This document shows positions 24,014 through 37,031 of a DNA stretch of 64,000 nucleotides, in pieces. A program made the position numbers and the translations under genes. The notes under the pieces are model-generated. The model searched no databases and had not been told where the DNA came from. It saw only the letters and a list, made by a program, of their open reading frames with translations. The first letter of the stretch is position 1. Each line of letters starts with the position of its first letter. This stretch comes from Patellaria atrata CBS 101060 (lineage: Eukaryota): contig MU006107.1 of assembly GCA_010093705.1 (NCBI GenBank), forward strand, positions 3,392 through 67,391. The letters run 5' to 3'.

Positions 24014-26065
24014 TTACATTATCAAATATAGGCTGGTTATGATGCTAGGACCTACGAAAAGCCCGAGCCAGAAGACTACATTCCCTAGCACGTCTCTACC
24101 TTTCAGCAATTTGGTCCTGCTCAGCATAGCAAGCGGTAACTGGCTCAATTGGGATAAGAACAAATATCCCCGAACCTTGCGAAACAAACACCACATCACC
24201 AACTCATGTACGCAGGCACTCAGCAAGAAAGTCGCGAATGTCGCGGTTCTTTTGCTGATATGAAAGGCACTGATAGAAGAATGGTAAACATGACGTAACA
24301 AAAACGCATGGACGGGGCGGTTCCAGTCCCGCGCGTACTGGTCCCAGCTGACACTGTTCCACCAGTCGCCGTAGAAACCACGATCAGCGAATTTCGTCAG
24401 TTCGGCGAGAACGTTCAGTATGCATTCCCAAATCACATACCATGAGAGCAACTGCTCGATCAGAAGTGGGAAGAGCATGTCGCTGACGATCCACGGAAAC
24501 TCCCGCCATCGCTGCGCGAGAGGCATTCCAGCCTCTTTCATGCGCACAGTCTCTGCGACTGGTGGGTAGATGTAAGCTTGTGAAACGATCATCATGACCC
24601 AGAGGACTCCGAATGTAGCTGCACTCTTTTCCGCTACATACCACCAATTGATGTGTTCTTGGCGAGGATACTCGAGTTCGTAGACTAGTGTTGGTAGACA
24701 TATATAGTCGGCCGAGTTCGCGAGAGTGAGGTTAGCAGGGTACGCGGAGGGCTTATTAGTACATTTGCCCATGAGTTCGGCATCAAGCGCACTGATCTCT
24801 TGACGGATGATGGAGGAAAAAGTAGATAACTGGTCAGCATCTAGTGAAGAACCAGACTCTATTGAGGCAGCGATGGTGGAGATTTCTGAACGTTCGTTCT
24901 TTAAGTTGGTAGAGGATTTTGGGCCAGTTGACTGGCGTCGGTGGGCGGTATTCTGGTCTAGCTGGTCGAGTGCTGAGGTAGGCGAGGATAACTTTCGGCG
25001 TTCTGAGGATGTGGGACTGGTGATGGGAGTTATAATGTTGAGTTGCTCGAGCTTCCCCTGTAGGAGAGATCGACGGCGGTATACTTGTGATACTTCATCT
25101 TGTCAGTCTAGAGTGAGGAGTTCAAGATTGGAGGAAAGCATACGGTATCCATTGTAAAATGCATAGCTATGTTGTTTCATAATAAAGACTAGACAATGAA
25201 GCACTATGAAGACGGTATGTGTCCAGGGCCAGTTACGATAAAGCGTCCAGCCCAATACAGCTCCAAGGTATAATGTTTGCCAGGCATTCTGAATGATCCA
25301 GCCTGAAGTTTCCCACTTCAGGTAGCCTTTCAAAATGGTCTTCTGCAAGAGAAGACCGAAAGCTGTACTGGCACACATGACCCCATCCGTTAGGCCAAGC
25401 ACGACCACATCTCTCTTGAACATCATCTTCATGATCTCGTTCGAGCCTAAAATGCTGCCATGTTCACGCCAATTCTGTGCAGCAACCCGCAGTAAAAGTA
25501 AGCCCATCGCCAACCAAAAGAGCGTGAAGAATCCATGGAATGGCGATCCGGCGTTCGAAGGGTTCTTTCGGTCGAAAGTGGTGAATTGTCTAGTGAATAC
25601 TAAGTCTCTGAATCGCGTCCGACGTTCTTTACCTTCCAGTGTGTGTTCTCTCTCAATCCCACGACGAAGTATCTCCCGCACTTCAGGATCGTCAGCTTTG
25701 ATTGTATACCTATCTTTTTTGGTCGTCGGCTCAAATATAACCTGAACGCTTTTACGTCGACCAATCGTTTCAAAATTGGTCATTCCCTTGGAATCTATTT
25801 CGATCTCAGAACAAGTATGATCTGAATCGCTAGTTGCATCTGTCGTTCTGCTGAGCGCGTTGATATTGCTAATATCCTCTACGCCTCCTCCTTGACTATC
25901 CTTAACAAGTGTTTTATCATCTAGGTTCAAATCGTCATAATCTTCCTCATCCTCCGTGCTGGAAGTTTCGGCACTCCAATCCCTACTGGTATCTCCACTA
26001 CTGTTATTCTGGAGACCCGAGAGTCGGGAACCCTGGACGTGAATTAAGGACTCCCTAGTGCGCAT
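24014..26065 (-). CDS. ARE2: Sterol O-acyltransferase (MBOAT family; intron ~25095..25144)
   Basis: FHGFFTLFW, MKQHSYAFYNG, PTLVYELEYPR, FADRGFYGDWWNS, WNRPVH and SACVHE (catalytic His). Confidence 0.93.
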
Positions 26066-27386
26066 CGTACGGGAAGTAGTGGTAGTAGCTGAAGAGGTTA
26101 TGATGTGTTGCGATTCCCTTCGGACTTGTGCATCAGAGGCGATGTGTGGAGGAAGTTACTGGAGAGCGCTCTATTCAAGGATGTGCCAAAGTTAGGGCAA
26201 AAAAGACTGAAAAAGGAATGATATGATGAACTGCTCAAGAATAGAGGAAAAGTGATACTCCACTGGAATTGTCGAACGCAATTGAAATAGTTTGCTATGC
26301 CATAAGGTACGGAATACTTGTGTACTCTACGTACGCGGCCTTGGAAAGTACAAAACAGGTAAAGGTACGGATGTGCGCAATACTGATTGAACGTTCCTTG
26401 GCAGCGGACCGCCATCAAGGCAGGCGCGGCTATACACGATCAACAAGAGACAATCAGGTGTCGCCTTACATCTTTATTTCAACGTCTCGACGTCAACTCT
26501 TAGAAATGAAGAACCTCAGGCACGCTGTTAACGGTATGTGCCTATTAGACCACTAGCTTGTTATTGACAACTGCATTGCCACCCCATGACGGTCTCTCTT
26601 CTGGTTAGGCAGATTTTGCCGAATGTCTGATCCTACAGAGCTACCCGCTATACACGCTATGCCACTGTGGAGTGCACCCCAAAGTCTAGCACACTGCTGT
26701 TGTTCTCTTCAGTGTTCAGCGGACGATTCTGAAGCTGTGCCTACCTCTTAAGAGTTCGCAAGGTTCCAATATTGAAACCCATAAGAAGGATCAGTATACT
26801 TTCCGAAGTTAATATTATATCTTTCAGCTTCAATATCTCACCGCGTCTTCATGGTACCTCCGTATTTCATTGCATATCCTTCATTTCCTTCATTTCAGTA
26901 TGTACTCCGTACAGTCATGAATTATATCTCTTTCGCTTTCCTCGCTTTGCAAGTTTCTCACCAATAATAACCAGCCAGCGGACTGGCACATGGGCGATCG
27001 AATGGGGGCTGAAAATAGACACAGTGCGAACACGAACCGGTTATAGCCCCGTGCAGCCCCATCCGCTTTTCCGCCTACTCGTAAACTAACCTGAAAGCCC
27101 CAATCGCCAGGTAGCAGACCTTGGCTGGGCTGTCCTAGCCCCTGTGGCCTGGTCAATCTTGAAGCCGGCTTGATGGCGCAGTCAACCTACAGATGGATCG
27201 TTTCAATGAATTCAAAATGCCTTCATCGCCAGTCTGTCTCCCTCTCTCATTCATGTACCCTTTCTTTTAATGATATTATAATTTTACGTTCAATTTTTGA
27301 AGGACGATATCCGCGTTTCTTCTCGCCTCCAGGTCTTTACACAATTGTGAATTTGAAATATCGTTCTTGATATATCGATATAATCC

Positions 27387-28441
27387 ATGGCTCCCAGACG
27401 CGGTGGAAGCAGCGGTGGTGGCCGTATTTCAGTCGACAACAAGTGCGACGACGTAGGCGCATTTCAAGATGGCCATGAAATTGCTGTACTCGTCATCTAC
27501 ATATTCTTCATGATTTATGTCTTCGTTGTTTTCTTCCAGTGGTTAAAGGCCAGAAAAGCAAATGACGCAGCGCATAGCATCTTGAGATGGTATGGCTTTG
27601 GGCTGGCAATAATGTTCCTGAATCTGTAAGAACACCTAAATCGAAATATACAAGATCATTAACCTGACTACATTGTAGGGGCGCTATACTCGGTCTGATA
27701 TTCCTCATCCTATTCCGCTGCACCGTAATGAACTACATGGAATACCTCCACGGCTCCATCGCGGTCGTGATATTCCGCTCCCTCGCCGAATGGCTTATCC
27801 TCTTCACCATCATGTCGCCCATGCTCAATCGTCTGCAGGTGCACGTCGGCCGCACCTCTAAACTCGCGCTCTACCTCTCCTGGGCCTCACTGTCCATCAT
27901 TGGTATCCTCCTGGTCGTCTACCTCATCATCCGCTCCTACGTCGCCTCCGACTGGGACAACCATGTGAATGGGTACTGGTACATCAGCGTCGCATACCAA
28001 TTCCTTTTTTTCCTTTGCGTGATCTTCATAACGACGAACTTCGCCATCATCATGAGCCGCATGGCGAGCCGCAACATGCAACTCGGGAGCTTGAAATTCT
28101 GGCTTCCTTTCCTCCTCGTAAACCTCTTTATCTACAGCTTCATATCCGTCTTCGACGCTTTCTATTACACCGTCGCCGACCATGATGTCACGCAAACCGC
28201 CTCCGTCGTCTTCGTAGCACTATACAGTATCTTCCAATGTTTGATTTTGACCTCTCTGCTCAAGTCCGCGACGAGCCCAGCACTCACGACGACTGCGAGT
28301 GGCGCGACCTATGGTGCGGTAAAGCAGAACCAGGCCCCGCAAATGCAGCAGTGGGAGAATACGAGTTACCAGCCTCAGGTTCCGCGGCAGACGCAGCAGA
28401 CGAGCTGGCATGGGCTCGGGAGGCAGTTTGCTCCGGCGTAG
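27387..28441 (+). CDS. Multi-pass (~7 TM) membrane protein of unknown function (intron ~27626..27678)
   Basis: Two ORFs are joined by a GTAAGA...CTGAC...TAG intron. About seven hydrophobic segments and a Q-rich C-tail. Confidence 0.8.
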
Positions 28442-29788
28442 CAGCAGGGGAAAACGCAGTATCGTTGAGGAGTATGTATTGAGCTGGGACTGGATTAATG
28501 CAAAGACGAGAGAGTGAAGACATGGGTGATTTGGGCTTTGGCGAATTTGTTGCGCGGATACCCCCTTCTCGTTATGAGACTAAGATTTAGGCCTGAAAAT
28601 TGTACATGAGTAATTTTATAAATTAAATATTCCACTAATGCTTCTTTTATGCCGAGATTGATGATAGTGTTGTTCGAAGTAATAGCTTAGATTCGACAGA
28701 GCTATCGCATTTACTCGAGGATTCATCTGTAAATGAAGATATCCCCCAACGAGTGCCACAATTTCATGAATAAAATAGTCATATATACCGACTAGAAACC
28801 AGGGGTAATTTGAAGGGATACGTATTTAGGACACACAAGAAGAGACCAAGGATAAAAAGGGAGGACAAGGACAGGACGTAAGTGTGACTGTGACTGTCAA
28901 CAATTAGTGGTACGAGTATAATGAATTGAAGCGGTCAGTCTACCATGGAAATGATGGGATAGGGAAGCATTACTTATCATTCGAAATAAAGCAAAGTCAG
29001 ATATCGGAAGGTGTCAATTCTATCACGAGGGTACAATAGGGCTTAAGATTTCTACTCTAACTAGTTCTCCCACTATCGAAGGAAACTTAATAAATGAAAG
29101 TGAAAAGGTCCTTCGCATATTTGCTTACGAGTGTCTATTCACCTTACAGCTACTGAGAACTTGCAGAGATTTCGCTCGTCGACGACAGGGTAAAATAATA
29201 GTGGTCACGATTGATCGAGGGGATGGAAGGGTATCGAAGGGATTAGTCGGGAGATGGATCGAAAGGGGACGCTATCGCTGACCTAGTGCGTTAAAGGGGC
29301 TAAATGACAGTGCAAGGTAGTTAGTTTAAGACCGTAAATAAGACCTTTCGCAAAGACTAGATATCGCTTCGACGCATCGTTCGACGATCGATCGTTGGGG
29401 CTCGCGAGGTTTGTATGGATTGTTGGCTAGAAACAAAGGGGTGCTCGATTCGTAGTATGGTAGTACATTGTAAAGAAACCGCGCGAATGAGAATCGAATG
29501 AATCGCATCGTTCGAAACCGACATCGCTTCGTGAAGGACGATATCGCCGAGTAAACCGCCACAGAATCCCGTCCGTCTCGAGGTCGTTCGAAGTCGAACT
29601 GCTGATTAGATCAATTTGGCAGACAATTGAAGAAATATTGTGAGAAGTAAGAAATTGCCAGCCCTAAGCGTGCACTGGCACCCAACCAAGCAAACGATCT
29701 TGAGTTTTCCCGGTCGCCCGTAAATGTCCCAGTGATACCGATAGAACTGATCTTTTTTAAGTAGCCAAAATGATGAAGAGAAAATTGT

Positions 29789-30784
29789 CTACTCGGCAGT
29801 ATCAAGTTCGTCGTGAGCGGGAGGCGGGGATTCGACTGTCTAGTTGTCAGGGTTGCGGAATCTGAGGGCACAGTCGAATTGGTGCATACCCTTCCTATCG
29901 ACACCATTGGTCCCATTCTCGGGTTCTTCTTCTCTGTCTCTAACATCCTTCATATCGCGATCGCGATCGTCGGGACTTCGGCTTCGATCACGGTCGCGGT
30001 CTCTACGATCATAATCGCGCTCACGACGGTCATCCTTGCGAGGAGAATACTCGCCACGGCTGCGACGGGGTGGGGTGGCACTGCGACGACTTCCGCGAGG
30101 GGATCGATCACGGCGTCCTGGACGGTCACGCCCCGAGTCAAACCGCCAAGAAGCGGATGGGGGAGTACGGGCCCACTTTAAGATACTGTTAGTATATGTT
30201 AAGGTTGAGAAGGTGTGACCGTACCTCAATCTTCAGCAGGTCATCACGGCCGATGCGCTTATTGTGCATCTCATGGTATGCATCATCTGCGTCACGACGA
30301 CTCTCGTATTCGACGAAGGCAAAGCTTCCAGTACTTGTTAGTAATACTCGAAAAATAAACGCTGGAAGAGAAGGACTCACAGTCGGCTTGACGCGGAACG
30401 TGGAGCCGGGATGTCACAGCGGACGAGACGCCCGTATCTAGAGAATTATTAGTTTACCAAGAACTAGAGAGAAAGGTAGTAGAGGCTATGCTAGAACAAG
30501 ACAATATATGATGAAAGTCAAGAAAGAGGACAAATATCTTGATATGAATACTTCACAGGGAATCACACAAGTACTGGAGCTCTGAAGTAGACGGAGGCAG
30601 TGGCTAGGGGAGCAATTTTGTGCTCCTCTTTGAAGATGTGTAGTTATGGGGAACGGTCTCTAGTGCTTGCCGGTCGGATTGTGAGTGTGTGAGAGACATA
30701 CCGCTCGAATTCGAACGCAAGATCGCGAGCGCGCGTACCGTGGCCGAAGCCAGTGACGTAAAGAGTCGTTCCTCCACGAGACAT
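29789..30784 (-). CDS. SRP1: SR-family pre-mRNA splicing factor (single RRM + RS/RD domain), 4 introns
   Basis: MSRGGTTLYVTGFGHGTRARDLAFEFER|YGRLVRCDIPAPR|FAFVEYESRRDADDAYHEMH...|WARTPPSASWRF, then RS/RD repeats, ending VESPPPAHDELDTAE*. Confidence 0.9.
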
Positions 30785-31294
30785 GGTTTCGAATAGGTGA
30801 TCAAAGATGAGAAGTAGTCGAGGCAGAAAGGTACTGCCGAAGGGGTGGTGTGATGAAAGCTGATACCAAATAAGTATGGTAATGAGGTGTAGAGGTTTTG
30901 GATGTTAGGCAAGGGAGAGCTCTGGCTCAAAGGAATTTCGCTTATATCAGCAAAACATGCCAAGTCGTAACTACTCCGTTTTCAGAAAATCCTTGGCAGT
31001 CACGTCTTACCTTTCCTTGCGCATCGAGGAGCTGTCCATTGACTTCATTGAACTCCAAAAAGTTCTTGTCCACTACTTTCAACCTACGCTATTCCATACC
31101 TTTCCCCCAACCACTGACCACCTAACCGGCCATACCACTCTTACAAATCGACCATATCGAGTCTGTTCATATTTCTCACAGTCACTCGACTACTGCTCTT
31201 TAAAGCGTCAATCTCATTCCGCAAACGCGCCACATCCTCTCCACTGCTTGATTTCCAGGCTTCCTTTGTTCGTAGCTATCAAGCTACTGTCACC

Positions 31295-32901
31295 ATGTCT
31301 GTCGAGGTAGCACTTGATAGCCCGCTCGCTAAAGCGCTTCAAAATGTTGTAAATCCGAAGCTCGCGGAAGTGGGGTGGGCATCAGGGGATGCAGGCGACT
31401 CGACGCTCGCTGAGTACATCGTGCTCATGCTCAGTAATGGCAAGAATCAGGAAGATATTGCGACTGAACTTTCTACCGATCTTCTCGTAGACACCTCAGG
31501 AGCTATCGACTTTGCGCGGTGGTTATTCGAACAAGTCAACCTTCTAAATTTTCAAATCAACGGCAGCGCCGAACCATCACATTCGGGATCATCTAATGCG
31601 CCTATTCCATCACAATCCGAAACTACGCATGACCAGTCTAGAGACGCGGAGATGGGCGATTCCAATGACGGAAACCAGACAGCCATGTATTGTACACATC
31701 TCCAAACCTACTGACACGACTACTAATAAGATTACATAGTCCAACCGGTCCGAAAGCTATGCGCAATGGCAATTCGAAACCCCGTGGGATGCTCGGCCAA
31801 GTTAACAAGGCAATGTCGCGAAATGACAACCCTCTTCACCGCATCAAAGGCGCCGGGGGCGCTGGTCGCATAAATTCGCATTCCAACAGAGAGCCACCCA
31901 AAGGTCCAAGAAATCAAGCGATCAATCGTGGTTTTCAAATGGCGTCCGCAATTCCCATGCAACAAATGCAACCCAATGGTATGCCCAACTTCATGGGTGC
32001 CCCTCCGGATATGACGAATATGAATCCCGAGCAGAGAATGCAAATGCTCAAGTTCTTCGAATTCGGTTCCTCCATGATGGCCCAGTTTTATAATGTCGCA
32101 CAACCACCTAACGCCCATGGTCAAGCTATGGGTGGACCGGTCTTTAATCCTGCATTCCAGAATGGCACACAAGGCCCGCAGCCCGGAAAATCGTTGTTTG
32201 ACCGCGTAGACAACAGGTCTCAGAGGCGTGGTGGAAAGTTCAATAATACCCCAAGGGCGACGCAGCCGCAGCAGCAGGATGTTAAGATGGGCGATGATCC
32301 GCAACCCACAACCGACGATCAGTCGTCGTCTATGGATGTAGAAACTTCTGCGGCAGTACAGAAAGATCCTCCCGAGACAATGTGCCGTTTCAATCTCTAC
32401 TGCACAAAGTCAGATTGTCCATTCGCACATCAGTCACCAGCCGCACCACCTGGAGTGAATGTGGACATATCCGATGTCTGTACCTTTGGTGCCGCTTGCA
32501 AGAATAAGAAGTGTGTCGGCCGTCACCCATCCCCGGCAAAGAAGCTTGAACATCATGCCCAACAGCCCTGCAAGTTTTGGCCCGATTGCACCAATGAGTA
32601 CTGTCCCTTCCAGCACACACCGAAGCGATGTACTAATGGGGCCGACTGCGTTACCCCAGGTTGTCAGTTCGCTCACAGCAAGATAGTGTGCAGATTTAAC
32701 CCATGCACAAGGCCGCAGTGCCCGTACAAGCACAGTGAAGGCCAGAAGAGGGGGGCGTTCGAGGATAAGGTATGGAAAGCAAACTCCGGAAAAGAGCATG
32801 TCAGCGAAAGGAAATTCGTGAACGAGGAAGAGGAAGAGTTGATCCTGCCCGGTGCAGGTAATGAGAATTCGGATCCGGTGGAACCCCAAATCATTACTTA
32901 A
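31295..32901 (+). CDS. NAB2: Nuclear polyadenylated RNA-binding protein (PWI-like N-term + tandem CCCH zinc fingers; intron ~31688..31739)
   Basis: N-terminal LAEYIVLMLSNGK; multiple CCCH fingers (CRFNLYCTKSDCPFAH, CKFWPDCTNEYCPFQH, CRFNPCTRPQCPYKH). Confidence 0.88.
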
Positions 32902-33347
32902 CTCTCGATGAATAGATGATGCATATGAGTGGCAAACGAGTTGTGGTATGGCGGTGGTAGAAGCATAATTTTCACTGACTCTGTATTTTTATAACAACGT
33001 ATGAGGATCAAACAGGCGTAGTTGTGAATGGGACGGCAAATTCCCAGGGGCTGCTGGGACGGTTTGGATACGCATATGTAGAATGAACAATTCCCTTGTG
33101 GACTGTAGCATTCAGCTACAGTCAATTTAAACAAACATCTCTCCCAAACATGATTGATTTCTGTGATTCTTTTCGCTTTTATTCTGGATTACAACCCTAC
33201 AGTAAGCATGGGGATGACGGGTATACGTCGCGTAAACTCCGATTTTCTCCAGATCCATGACGAACTCTATCTCGCAACATAACTTATTGGGATGATGAGA
33301 GGCTTCGGTAGCCGTTTCATCAGTCCTCCTTTTGATTTTTCGGAGCA

Positions 33348-35133
33348 ATGCGTCTCCATAAACATGTCTTCAACCCAGAACGTCTTATTTGCAATGTACA
33401 TCTAAGGACGCGCCCAATTGACCCTCGCTTCACGCGACTATTTTCAACAGCCGCAACAGCTCAGGACAATTCCCTCGAAGATGTAGCTATAATCGGCGGA
33501 GGCCTCACTGGTCTAGCAAGCGCGTATTATCTGGCGAAAGAGAGACCTTCTACAAAGATAACCATTTATGAAGCTAGTTCACGGACTGGTGGTTGGCTCA
33601 ACTCCAAATATATTGATACTCCCTACAAAAAGCAGGTCTTATTTGAGACTGGGCCACACTCAATACGGTCTGGTGGAGAAGCTGCAATCTTTATCCTATT
33701 CCTGGTGCGTATTGAAATAATCTTCCCATTATTACCCTTTTTAACATCTACTAGATCCAAGAACTCGACCTGCAGGATGAGATCCTACCAGTCTCTAGAT
33801 TTTCCCTTTCGGCTCGGAATCGATTCATATACTACCCTGATCGTCTCGTGAAGATGCCGCAAGGGGTTGACTTTCAAAGTCTTTATTCATTCGTCTCAGA
33901 ACCCGTATTCCGAGAAGCACTCCCCGGCCTAGTTCGGGAGCCGTGGATTGATGCACTAGAGGATCCCCCAATCGATGAGTCTGTAGGGGATTTCATAAGT
34001 CGGCGACTTGGCAGACCCATAGCAGAAAATCTCGTGTCTGCTATTATTCATGGAATCTACGCCGGAAACATTTGGGAGCTGAGTTCAAAGATGTTAATGC
34101 CGGTTCAGCGGAAGATGGAAGAAGACCATGGAAGTATACTGCTCGGTTATATCAGTGGCTTGTACAAGAAGCCTGAACTAACTATTCCATGGCGAGATTT
34201 CGAAACCTTTGGATCCGTGAGAGAATCTGGGATGGTTCTTTCGGAGGATATAAAAGATAAATTGTCGGGGGCATCCATTTACACCTTTAACAAAGGGTTA
34301 CAACAACTTACTGACAGACTCACCTGGAAGCTAGAACTAATGAGCAATATAACTATCGAGAGAGATACTGAAGTCGAGAATTTACAGCTTGATTCTCGGA
34401 CAGGCAATGTTAACCTTAAGGTATGTCAAATAAATATATAACTAAATTAACTGACAAGACGTAGATTAAAACCAACAAAAGTCGAAACACCATAAGTAAA
34501 TCTCATGTCATATCCACAATATTCTCCAAACACACAGGCATCCAAGCACTCGCCGACACCGACGCGGTGACTGTGATGGTCGTAAATCTGTATTATTCAA
34601 ACCAGTTCCTTCTCCCAGTCAATGGATTTGGCTATCTCCTCCCGATGAGCCTCCCATTCTCGCAAAATCCGGAATTCGCTCTTGGTGTATCCTTCGATTC
34701 AGACTGCGCCCATTTACCAAATGATCCCGCAGGTACCAAAGTAAGCGTAATGCTAGGCGGGCACTGGTGGGACAACATGACAAGCTATCCCGACGAGAAA
34801 GAGGGTTTGCAGATGGCTCGCAGTGTTTTAGAAAGACATCTGGGCATCAAAGACGAGCCCGTAGCAAGTCTGGTCTCCTTGCAGAAGGATTGTATCCCAC
34901 AGTACAAAGTTGGACACGAGGAAAAAATGAGGAAAGCGCATGCGGAGCTGAACGAAAAGTACCGAGGCCGAGTGAGGGTCACGGGCAATTCTTACCATGG
35001 TGTTAGCGTCAACGACTGTGCACGAGGGGCTTGGGACGTTGTGAGAGCTTTGGTTAGAGATAGTGGTCCTGGTCTTACTGGTCTGGAGCATTTCAGAAAT
35101 CCCCATTGGATAATACTCAGAAGCAAAAGGTAG
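33348..35133 (+). CDS. HEM14: Protoporphyrinogen oxidase (introns ~33704..33754, ~34421..34464)
   Basis: Mitochondrial-type leader, FAD motif [44 protein letters not shown] and GVSVNDC. Confidence 0.93.
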
Positions 35134-35347
35134 CAGGTCCGAAGAGGTACAAGCAGTGGTGCTCCAGATTGTATTATATTGTTTATTAAAATAGAGAGAT
35201 CAAGAGAATCCAGTATGTCTTTGTGAACATGGACCCGGTGTATCTTCGGCCTAACTTTCCACTTTTAATTCGACGTCACAGTTGAAGCTCTCGCATCAAT
35301 TTCCTTCGTTTGCAGTCAAGCACTCAAAGAAGACAAATTCTATCATC

Positions 35348-35911
35348 ATGGCCGACGAAGAATATGACATCGATCCCGAGATAGCCGCGGCCATGGGCTT
35401 TGGAACTTTTGGTAGCCAGACCAACAAAAAGAGAAAATACAACCAACAAGATGCCGTGACTGACCAGGATCAAACCTCGAAACCAAAATCAGCATCGACT
35501 GGGACGAATTCAACACCAATAGGAGCACGGCTTCCAGTAATTCCAGGTAACCCGATTGCGGCCGCAAGAGCACCAGCAGAGGAACAGGAACGACAAGAAC
35601 CGGAGATATTAGAGGCCTTCGGGAAACCCAAAGGAAAAGGAAAGCAAAAGCAGAAGGAAAAGGCACCCTCAGGACTAGCAGCTTTTCTTCAGAGAGCACA
35701 ATCTTTACCGTCTAGGCCGCCGGCACTAGAGCAGGAACAGAACCAGCAACCTGCAGCAACCACGTCCGTCCAGCAACTTCAATGGGCTAATGATCGTGAG
35801 AATCTTAACACCCTTGCTCAAGGTGTACGCGATGCGAATGGTGATATTGCGTACTATATGCCTAGCTTTGTTGAGGATCCTTGGGCGAGTTGGCGTGAAA
35901 AGCAGGCTTGA
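35348..35911 (+). CDS. Conserved fungal hypothetical protein
   Basis: Intact ORF starting MADEEYDIDPEIAAAMGFGTFG and ending with LAQGVRDANGDIAYYMPSFVEDPW. Confidence 0.75.
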   Translation: MADEEYDIDPEIAAAMGFGTFGSQTNKKRKYNQQDAVTDQDQTSKPKSASTGTNSTPIGARLPVIPGNPIAAARAPAEEQERQEPEILEAFGKPKGKGKQKQKEKAPSGLAAFLQRAQSLPSRPPALEQEQNQQPAATTSVQQLQWANDRENLNTLAQGVRDANGDIAYYMPSFVEDPWASWREKQA

Positions 35912-36368
35912 AGAATTTATGAATTGCTACTCGTCTCTGTTAGTGCTAAGGAACGCACCACGGACTGAGTGCGAATATGGATCCCCATGATTCCCATAGT
36001 GGTATCCGCAGTCATAGTGTGCCGCGCTATAAAAGAACTATTCATATGTAGTATGATTATAGAAAATTTACTGCTCCAAGGAGAACGGTATAGCAGATCT
36101 CTATCTCCGCCTTGCTTCGTTCGAGCTCCACATAGGCTCACTTTTCCGCCAAGCTACAAGTAATGTATCTCTGGATTCATGGAGCAGTTACTTCGGTTTC
36201 CAGATTATCGAGCGCGTTATTGGAGGTAGGCTGGTGGTAATTGTGATTATAGAACACTACGAAACATAACCCAATCGAATCGATCACAAACATTCAAGCG
36301 CTCTTTGTGCAAATGTGCGACCCCGCTGCATTTGGCTCAGAATTCCCAGTGACCCCATCTCTTTAGTG

Positions 36369-37031
36369 CTACAAAGGACCATCATGGCCCCCCTTTCCTT
36401 CCACAAAACCTCTCAACCCCCCCGCCATGGCCTCCAAATCCCTCTGCATGCCCTCTCCTATTATCGCCGAAACAGGCCACGCGAAAGGCCCATAAAACTG
36501 CGCCGTCGTCGTAAACACACTCTCCTTTACCCCTTCTCCCTCCACCTCCTCAATCGTACTCTCGCGCCTACACCTCAACAGCCAATCGGGCGAACTCTCA
36601 TCGAACCATTCGGCCCGCCATACCTTCTTCCCACTTCCCACTTTTGCGGGCACCTCGACCGCGGTGATTATATCTTTGCCTTCCTGTGAAAAATGCCACG
36701 GTGCGTCGTTGAAACGTGTGTGCATCCAGACGTCAAATCTCAGCGAACTCCCTACCCTCATGAGCCCCCTGGCCCCCTCTTCCACACCAGTGGGGTGTAT
36801 CAGATAGGCATTCCGGCACCAGGGATTCCACTCGCGCCAAGTGGTGGTGTTGGAAAATGTGGTCCATACAGTGGAGCCGGGAGCTTGGATGGAGATTGTG
36901 GCAGAGGCGTACAGGATGGGTTTGGTGTCGAGGTAGGGTTTGTTGCGGTTGAGGAAGAGGGAGAGGAAGACCATGAAGGCGGGCGCGAGGTAGAGGAGTC
37001 GGGTACGGGGGGGTAAGGGGACTGTTGGCAT
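36369..37031 (-). CDS. SRPBCC/START-like (polyketide cyclase-like) domain protein with N-terminal hydrophobic anchor
   Basis: ASATISIQAPGSTVWTTFSNTTTWREWNPW and a C-terminal helix (QRDLEAMAGGLRGFVE) are typical of SRPBCC. TATA box about 65 bp upstream. Confidence 0.75.
   Translation of the reverse strand: MPTVPLPPRTRLLYLAPAFMVFLSLFLNRNKPYLDTKPILYASATISIQAPGSTVWTTFSNTTTWREWNPWCRNAYLIHPTGVEEGARGLMRVGSSLRFDVWMHTRFNDAPWHFSQEGKDIITAVEVPAKVGSGKKVWRAEWFDESSPDWLLRCRRESTIEEVEGEGVKESVFTTTAQFYGPFAWPVSAIIGEGMQRDLEAMAGGLRGFVEGKGGHDGPL

Noticed and set aside
33640..33670. HEM14 GPH instead of GPR as a loss-of-function change
   Set aside because: This position varies naturally among protoporphyrinogen oxidases, and the other motifs are intact.
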